A DNA stretch of 64,000 bases. Source: Candidatus Latescibacterota bacterium (GTDB lineage: Bacteria; Latescibacterota; UBA2968; UBA8231). The position numbers and the translations under genes were made by a program. The stretch spans positions 576,001 to 640,000 of the forward strand of contig CBDCXV010000009.1 in NCBI GenBank assembly GCA_965223905.1, written 5' to 3'. This document shows, piece by piece, positions 57,306 through 64,000 of the stretch. Position 1 is the stretch's first letter. Every line of letters begins with the position of its first letter. The notes below the pieces were generated by a model, which was not told the origin of the DNA, ran no database searches, and worked only from the letters and a program-made list of their open reading frames with translations.

Positions 57306-58722
57306 ATGAAAGGGACAGGAAACGGGAGGGCCCTCAAGATCGTCCTGGTCGCTGCAGTCTTCAGCTGCACGGGGACAGCCGGCGCCGGGCAAAACCTGGC
57401 GGAGCTGCAAAAGTGGAGCGATGGCTTCGCGGAGGTCGTCGCGCAGGTGAAGCCGGGGGTCGTCGCGATCTCGACCGAATCGAAGTCACGTGGTGAAGTT
57501 CCCAACTATCGCGGCACCCCCTTCGAGTTCTTCTTCCGGGGGCCACCACGGGAAATGCCGCGCCAGGGGCAGGGGTCAGGCGTGATCGTCAGCCACGAGG
57601 GGGAGTATTTCATTCTGACTAACTACCACGTGATCCGCGGCGCAGACGAGATCACCGTCGAGCTGACCGACGAGCGCCACTTTCCCTGCCGAGGTGATCG
57701 GCACCGATTCCCTCAGCGACCTCGCCGCCCTGCGCATCGACGCCAGCAGACCTTCCCTCGGTATCCTGGGGTAGTTCCGCCGATCTCAAGGTCGGGGAGT
57801 GGGTGCTGGCGATCGGCAACCCGTTCGCCCTCGAGCACACCGTGACCCAGGGGATTATCAGCGCCCTGGGACGGGCGCGTTTCGGTGAGGAATACGGCTC
57901 CTTCATTCAAACGTCCGCGGCGATCAACCCGGGGAACAGCGGCGGTCCCCTGGTCAACCTGAAGGGGGAGCTGGTCGGCATAAACACCGCCATCGTCACC
58001 CGCAGCGGCGGGGATCAGGGAATCGGGTTCGCCATTCCCGTCGACCTCGCCCGCGACGTGCTGTCGCAGCTGATCGAACACCGGAGAAGTGAGGCGCGGG
58101 CTGTTGGGGATAGGACATCCGCAGACATCGATGCGTTGATGGCGGAAGCCATGGGTATGGAGAGCACCCGCGGGGTACTGGTAACGCCGGAGTCAGGGAA
58201 GACAGCGGCGCCGAAGAGGCAGGTCTTCAGGTGGATGACGTGATCGTCGCCGTCGACGGGGATCCGGTGCGCAACAGCACCGAGCTTAGGAGCCGCATCG
58301 GTACGACTTTTCCCGGAACCAAGGTCGAGGTCGAGTTTCTGCGCGACGGCGAACGCAAGAGGGTAACCGTCAAGCTCGGGGAAGTGACGCAGGAGGCGCT
58401 CGCCGTGGGGCGGTCGGGCGGGGATGAAGTTTCAACCAACTCCCTCGGGATAAAACTCCGCAATCCCAGCCCTGAGCTGACGCAGCTTTTCGGCTACGAC
58501 GAGGGTGAGGGGGGCGTCTTCATCATCGGGGTCAGGCGCGGGAGCGAGGCGGCCCGCCGCGGACTTCGTCGAGGCGACCTGATCGTCGAGGTCAACCGCC
58601 AGCCGGTGGCATCGGTGCAGGAGTATCGCGAAATCGTCGAGGAGCTCGAGTCCGGGGCTGCGGTCCTTTTTCGCGTTCGCCGCGGAAAGACAAACCGCCT
58701 GGTAGCCTTGCGCCTTCCGTAG
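57306..58722 (+). CDS. degP: DegP/HtrA serine protease with two PDZ domains, multiply frameshifted (probable sequencing insertions)
   Basis: [37 protein letters not shown] and two PDZ regions. Extra bases near 57686, 57746, 58081, 58115 and 58187. Confidence 0.85.
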
Positions 58723-58761
58723 TCGACCCGCCACCTTCCTTCCACGTCCCCTCGCCAGGCG

Positions 58762-60939
58762 GTGGGACCGCCAACTTCAAACCCCTCGCGGAAGATGATG
58801 GAAGGCCGTCCCATCTGGGACAGCGGCAACTCCGGCGGGCTGTACCTGCGGACGTCGATCACGACCTCCTCTGCCGAAAGAGTCGCTCTGAACTGCGCCA
58901 GCACCGGCCCCTTCGAGCTGAGCATCGACGGGGAGCTGGTCGCATGCCGCCGGGGGGGAGCGCTGACCGAGCGCCCCCTTCTGCACCGCATATCCCTGCA
59001 GTTGAGGCGTCCGGGTCGCCACACCCTCACCGTGCGCGCGGCCAACCTGCCCGCGGTAGAGGCGCCGTGGTTCGCCTGTTCCGCTTCTGCGGTTTTACCC
59101 ACGGCAGGGGACGGCACTTGGAGCGTCCGGGCCATCTCCCTCCCCCTGAAGCAACTGGGGGTCGACGAATTCCACGATGCCAGGGAGGATCCCGAAGAGG
59201 ACAACGGCAGCGATGCCGGGGACGGCTGGGAGCCCGCGGTCGAGGTAGCAGCGGCCATTGCGGCCGACGTCTGGGAGCCTGGCGGCATCGTGGAAGAACC
59301 GCAGGAGGCCGTGGCCGTAGCTGCCGCGGGTGAGTGGAGCGGCGACTCTCCGGAGCCGGAGCGGCTGCAGCCGCTGGCGGACTGCAAGTGCGTCCACCCC
59401 CAGGGCCTTCTCTTCGGCGGCGTCGCCCGCACCATCATCAGGACCGCCCCGTACAAAGCGGTCGTCATCCAGCTCGATTTCGGGCGCATCCTCACCGGAT
59501 GTCCGGAGGTGCGCCTGGAGGCGGAAGCGAGCGGCGGCATTGTCGACCTTTTCTTCGGGTACGTCCCCGGACGCACGCACGCCCAGGTTCGCTACGTAGC
59601 CCGGGCAGGCAGGCAGGGCTGGCGCGCCTTGCAGGAACAGGCGGGCCGTTACCTGACCGTACGTCTCAGCCGGTTTGGGGAGAACTGCCACCTCGAAAAG
59701 GTGTCCGTGGTCACCCGTCGCGACCCCGGTCCGGGGGCGACTGCGGCCATGGAACAGGACGGGACGGCGGCTCCGCACCTGGTCGGACGGCGAACACTCG
59801 AATCGGTGCGGCAGGAAATTTATTGCCTGCGGCTCCCGCCCCGGCCGTACGACTGGTTGGCGATGCTGACCGCCTTCGCCACCGATTTCTACCTCACAGG
59901 CAACACCGCTACTGCGCGAACGGTGCTGAGAACCGCTGCCGGCCGCCAAGACAACGGGGACCTGCATTCAGATTGGACGGGATTTCCGCTTTTTGTCGAG
60001 GCGTATCACTTGTTCAGCGGTGACGGCGAGACCGTGTCTGCCCGGCTGTCCGATCTGCTTCCACCTGCAGGTGCGACACCGTCCCTTTCCTTCGGTGAGC
60101 TGCCGACCGCGGAGGCGGCCCTCGCCGCGGCCAGCGCCGCCGCCGCAGGGCGCGTATGCCGGCGCCTAGGCAATTCCCGGGCGGCGGCGGTCTGCAAGGC
60201 GGAAGCGAGGCGCTGGCGGGAACTGGTTCAGTCGCGCTGGCGCGAGCAGGAGGGGATGTTCCCGGAGACGGCTGCAGAAGCGGGACGGTTTGGCCAGTGG
60301 ACCAACGCCCTTGCCTTGTACGGTTCACTGGCGAAGGCGGATCAGAAGGGGCGTATCGCCGCTGCCATCGGGGATCCGTCCCTGTCCCCGGCGTCAGGAC
60401 TGACACAGTCCTGGTTTCTCTGCGAAGGCTTGTGGCGCGCGGGAGCCGAACAGGCTGCCCTGGATTACGCGGAGATGTACTGGGGGCGCATGGCCGCAAG
60501 ACCGGGGGAGACTTGGGCTGACCGGGCGCCGCGTCCCTCGGCGCCGTACGAACCCGGGCCGGAGTACACGGTCGGCACCCACCTGCTCGGGGTGCAGCCG
60601 GTCGAACCCGGGTTCGCCGTTGCCCGCATCCGGCCTCCCCGCAGCGTCGCCACCCGTGCCTCCGGTTCGGTACCGACCCCGGCCGGGGCCATCGCCGTCG
60701 CCTGGAAAAGAGAAGAGGAGGACCTCGCGCTCGAGACGGAGCTGCCCGCCAGTATCGAGGCCCGCCTCGTCCTTCATCGCGGCGGCCGGAAGATGCCCAC
60801 CATTCTGGTCAACGGGATCACCGTCTGGCGAAACGAGAAGATGTACCCCAACCCGTTCGTGCAGCGGATAGTCGCCGAAGAGGAGGATATCGTGATTGCC
60901 CTGACACAGGAGGGGCGCTTCCGGGTCGAGGTGGTCTGA
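58762..60939 (+). CDS. Alpha-L-rhamnosidase (GH78)-like protein, apparently degenerate
   Basis: LDFG...G jelly-roll segment, RYL, helical core and C-terminal GVQPVEPGF...IRP...GSVPTPAGAI.V.W. The start may be ATG 58795 or 58798. Confidence 0.7.
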   Translation: MGPPTSNPSRKMMEGRPIWDSGNSGGLYLRTSITTSSAERVALNCASTGPFELSIDGELVACRRGGALTERPLLHRISLQLRRPGRHTLTVRAANLPAVEAPWFACSASAVLPTAGDGTWSVRAISLPLKQLGVDEFHDAREDPEEDNGSDAGDGWEPAVEVAAAIAADVWEPGGIVEEPQEAVAVAAAGEWSGDSPEPERLQPLADCKCVHPQGLLFGGVARTIIRTAPYKAVVIQLDFGRILTGCPEVRLEAEASGGIVDLFFGYVPGRTHAQVRYVARAGRQGWRALQEQAGRYLTVRLSRFGENCHLEKVSVVTRRDPGPGATAAMEQDGTAAPHLVGRRTLESVRQEIYCLRLPPRPYDWLAMLTAFATDFYLTGNTATARTVLRTAAGRQDNGDLHSDWTGFPLFVEAYHLFSGDGETVSARLSDLLPPAGATPSLSFGELPTAEAALAAASAAAAGRVCRRLGNSRAAAVCKAEARRWRELVQSRWREQEGMFPETAAEAGRFGQWTNALALYGSLAKADQKGRIAAAIGDPSLSPASGLTQSWFLCEGLWRAGAEQAALDYAEMYWGRMAARPGETWADRAPRPSAPYEPGPEYTVGTHLLGVQPVEPGFAVARIRPPRSVATRASGSVPTPAGAIAVAWKREEEDLALETELPASIEARLVLHRGGRKMPTILVNGITVWRNEKMYPNPFVQRIVAEEEDIVIALTQEGRFRVEVV

Positions 60940-60947
60940 CCCGCGTC

Positions 60948-61603
60948 ATGCCCCTCCATTACGTCGAAGGAGAACCACCGGCGCAAGGTGCTCCCCTGCT
61001 GGTGCTTCTGCACGGATATGGCAGCGACGAGGAGGACTTGATGGGTCTGGCGCCGGCCCTGGACCCCCGCTTCCACGTCGTCAGCCCCCGCGCTCCCATG
61101 CGGCTCGCCGAGGGTGGCTTTGCCTGGTTCCCCCTGGCGATGACCGAGGGTGGCCTGGAGGTCTCGTTCCAAGAGGCAGAGGCGGCACGCGGCGAGGTGT
61201 GCGAGCTGCTCGCCGGACTTCAGCAACAGTACGACGCCTCCGGGCGCACGCTGTTGCTGGGTTTCAGCCAGGGAGCCGGGATGGCGCTCTACAGCGGCTT
61301 CCGGATCCCCGGACCATTGCCGGAATCGCCTTCCTGAGCGGCCTGTGCCTCCCGGAGATGGTGCCCGAAGGGGCCGCCTCGAACTCATTGAACGACATGC
61401 CTGTCTTCATGTCCCACGGCCGGTTCGATCCCCTGATCCCGATCGCCAGGGGCAGGGAATCTCGCGATATGCTGGCCGGCCTGCCTCTGCGGATCATCTT
61501 CAACGAGTACGCCATGGGCCACGAGATAAATTCGGGATGCCTGCGGGATCTGCAGGAATGGCTGCGGCACAGGGCTGATGATCTGGTGCGTCCCGTGGAG
61601 TGA
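60948..61603 (+). CDS. Phospholipase/carboxylesterase (alpha/beta hydrolase), 1-bp frameshift near 61312
   Basis: LLHGYGS, AWF, GFSQG, then LSG, HGRFDP and MGHEI in the next frame. Confidence 0.85.
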
Positions 61604-61848
61604 ATCGCAGCTCCACCATGCAACTTGACGCTGATTTTACCGCAGGGCGGTGCGGGGCTGTTCCCCCTCGCCAGGGAGCAGGCCCCAACGGGCCCCGTGC
61701 TCCGGTCAGGCCCCCAGGCCCTCGAGGTTGGCTGTGAAACAGGTGCCGACCAAGATCCGGTGCCTTATGTACGCGAGCGCGCCATGCAAGGAAACGCCTC
61801 CGAGGGATCGACAGGGCTCTCCGAGCCGGCGCTGCAATTCCCGCCGCT

Positions 61849-62862
61849 TCAGATCCAGCCGCTGCTTTCCCTGCGCACCAGGGAAGCCATGGCGTCGAGC
61901 CAGCGGGGATGACTGTTGAGACAGGGCACGAGGTGCAGGTGGCCGCCGCCGGCAGCGCGGAAGATCTCCTCCCCCTCGCGGCCGAGCTCGTCCAGGGTCT
62001 CCAGGCAGTCGGCGGTGAATCCCGGGGCCACGACCCCCAGGCGTCCGCCGCCCTGGCGCCCTAGCTGCGCCAGCACATCCTCGGTGTAGGGCTGAAGCCA
62101 CTCCTCCCTGCCGAAACGGGACTGGAACCCGAGGTGCCAGCGTTCGCGGCTCAGGCCGAGGGCCTCGGCGAGCAGGCCGGCGGTCGCCTCGCAATGGCGG
62201 CGATAGGGATCCCCTTCCTCGACGTAGCGTCCGGGAATGCCGTGGAAGGTGATGAGGAAGCGCTCCGGAGGATCCTCCAGGCGGGAGAGGGAATCTTCGA
62301 CGGCGGACCCGAGACTGTCGATGTAGCCGCAGTCGTCGAAATATGGCGGAACGAAGCGCAGCGCCGGCATGGTGCGCCTGCGGTCGAACAGGAACGCTCC
62401 GCAGCGTCCGAAAGCAGCTCTGGTGACGGCGTCGTAAACCGATCCTGTGGTCGACGCCGAGAACTGGGGGAACATCGGCAATACCACGATCCGGTCGATC
62501 TCCTCCGCTTCCATCTGCCTCAAGGCGCGCTCGATGCTCGGCTCGCCGTAGCGCATCCCCAGAACGACCCGGTAGCGCTCTCCGAGACGCTGCTGCAGTC
62601 CTTTCTCCTGGGCGCGGGAATGAAGCAGAAGCGGAGAGCCCCGGTCGGTCCAGACGTTTTTATAGAGCGCCGCGGACCGCGCCGGCCGCCGCGGGAGGAC
62701 GAGCAGGTACAGGACCGGCAGCCACTTCCACCGCGGCAGGTCGATGACGCGAGGGTCGGACAGGAACTGCTTCAGGTACGGCCTCAAGGCGGTTGCGCTC
62801 GGCGCGGTCGGAGTGCCCAGCTGGGCGAGGAGAACGCCGATCGGGGGGGAAGCGCTACCCAT
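61849..62862 (-). CDS. hemH: Ferrochelatase
   Basis: GVLLAQLGTP, FLSDPRV, SPL, GMRYGEP, FHGIP, FQSRFG, WLQP, DCLETL, PCLN. Confidence 0.95.
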   Translation of the reverse strand: MGSASPPIGVLLAQLGTPTAPSATALRPYLKQFLSDPRVIDLPRWKWLPVLYLLVLPRRPARSAALYKNVWTDRGSPLLLHSRAQEKGLQQRLGERYRVVLGMRYGEPSIERALRQMEAEEIDRIVVLPMFPQFSASTTGSVYDAVTRAAFGRCGAFLFDRRRTMPALRFVPPYFDDCGYIDSLGSAVEDSLSRLEDPPERFLITFHGIPGRYVEEGDPYRRHCEATAGLLAEALGLSRERWHLGFQSRFGREEWLQPYTEDVLAQLGRQGGGRLGVVAPGFTADCLETLDELGREGEEIFRAAGGGHLHLVPCLNSHPRWLDAMASLVRRESSGWI

Positions 62863-63013
62863 GGGGAAACTGCTCGGCAAGGTGGGAAACACAGCGTTGA
62901 TCCACTCGGTGCGGTGGGGTACTTTGCGCCCGGCGGCCTGGAAGAGCGCTGCCGAGGGCAGCCGTTGGCCGGGCATTTTCCGCAATCAAGCAAAACAAGG
63001 AGCACTGACAACC

Positions 63014-63739
63014 ATGCGCTGCATTTTCGTCGGCATCGAGTACGCGGGCAAATCGACGCTCATCAATCTGCTCAAGGATTACTATGCGAAGCGCCGGCAG
63101 CCCGTCCACATGGACGATCACTTCACCATTCCCGATTCGACTCTCAGTCCTGCATCCCGCGAGCAGATGGTGAACTTTCCCGACGACGTCAAGGAGCGCA
63201 TGCAGCGGATGCAGATCCAGTACCACGTCGAGGTGATCCGCAACTACGCGCACGTGCTGATCAGCGGCTGGCACATGGAAGAGAGCATCTACTCGGAGTT
63301 TTACGGCAACGACCCCGGCAGTCCCTATTATCCCAATTTCTGGCACGCCAACAAGCGCACCCACGAGGCCCTGGTTCACGAAGCCCGCGTCCCGGACATC
63401 GTTCTGGTCCACGTGACCGCCAGCGACGACGCCATACGGGAGCGCATGGCCTCCGATCCCCATGAGTACGAGATCATCAGGGAGGCGGACATCGGCGCCT
63501 TGAAACGCCGCTTCGAAGAGGAGTGCGACCAGTCCCTGCTGGCCAGGAGGGGCAGGATCGACCTCGATACCACGGACAGGACACCCCGGCAGTCCCTCGA
63601 CGAGCTGCTGCTGAAATCCGAGCCGATGATCACCCCGGGAGAGCTCGCAATCCGGACCATGGCGGTTCCCGACGGCGACTACGAGGTCGTTTACGAGAAC
63701 GGCGTGCGCAAAACCGTTCCGGTGGTCGGCGATAGTTGA
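63014..63739 (+). CDS. P-loop NTPase, nucleoside/nucleotide kinase-like
   Basis: SD AAGGAG, N-terminal Walker A-like GIEYAGKST, lid-like LVHVTAS...IRERM, DTT. Confidence 0.7.
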   Translation: MRCIFVGIEYAGKSTLINLLKDYYAKRRQPVHMDDHFTIPDSTLSPASREQMVNFPDDVKERMQRMQIQYHVEVIRNYAHVLISGWHMEESIYSEFYGNDPGSPYYPNFWHANKRTHEALVHEARVPDIVLVHVTASDDAIRERMASDPHEYEIIREADIGALKRRFEEECDQSLLARRGRIDLDTTDRTPRQSLDELLLKSEPMITPGELAIRTMAVPDGDYEVVYENGVRKTVPVVGDS

Positions 63740-64000
63740 TACGATCGGCCACGGTCGCGCCCCTCGCCGTCCTGGGCTGCCTTTGCGTCGCTGCGGAGGC
63801 TGCCCCCCTCGACAGCCTGAAAGCGGACGCTCGGCGGCTGCTTGCCCCCCCCAACTCCATCTGATCTTCGCCGGCGTAGCGGCCGGCGGCCTCGTTACTC
63901 GCCTCGACCACAAGCTGGCATGGGAACTGCCCGGAGATGGCTTCGCCTCGGCAGCGCTCGATCTGGCCGATTTATACGGCTCCACCGGGAAAACCATCGC
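63736..64000 (+). CDS. Partial exported/membrane protein (possibly PAP2-like), frameshifted in a C8 run
   Basis: TTGA overlap with the upstream stop and a signal-like N-terminus. One extra C at about 63850 gives a hydrophobic continuation (LHLIFAGVAAGGLV) open to the edge. Confidence 0.35.

Overview
Bacterial chromosomal window. The 16S decoding-site pattern and gene content suggest a high-GC member of the FCB supergroup, possibly Latescibacterota-like; this is tentative. From 1 to 47.2 kb it is mostly core genome: a ferredoxin-NADP reductase (partial), tatD, a full rrn operon (16S, tRNA-Ile, 23S, 5S), a glycogenin/P13-like GT8, EF-G2, yebC-ruvCAB-tsaB-rimI, a MalK-type ATPase, holB, rsmA, an unknown beta-rich exported protein, ilvE, a peptide ABC operon with a TPR lipoprotein, lysA, carbamoyltransferase-SxtJ, tadA, three tRNAs, a large (Alu-domain) SRP RNA, dnaX-recR-pgsA-pgpA-recA-recX-alaS, a group II GGGP synthase, HPr/EI, metK and a lipoprotein/outer-membrane protein pair. 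From 47.2 to 56.0 kb lies a decaying defence island. It holds a Phd-PIN TA pair and a type I R-M operon: hsdM carries an amber stop, hsdS is broken by nested IS elements plus a deletion, and hsdR is absent. Between hsdS and hsdM are three tandem paralogous Phd antitoxins, one full-length PIN toxin and one toxin stub; upstream is a CARF-like unknown gene. At about 56006 a breakpoint joins the island to the 3' half of clpB, followed by degP, a degenerate GH78-like protein, an esterase, hemH and a P-loop kinase. Many single-base indels, mostly after 49 kb, look like long-read consensus errors, so pseudogene calls there are provisional. All family calls come from motif recognition by eye; no searches were run.
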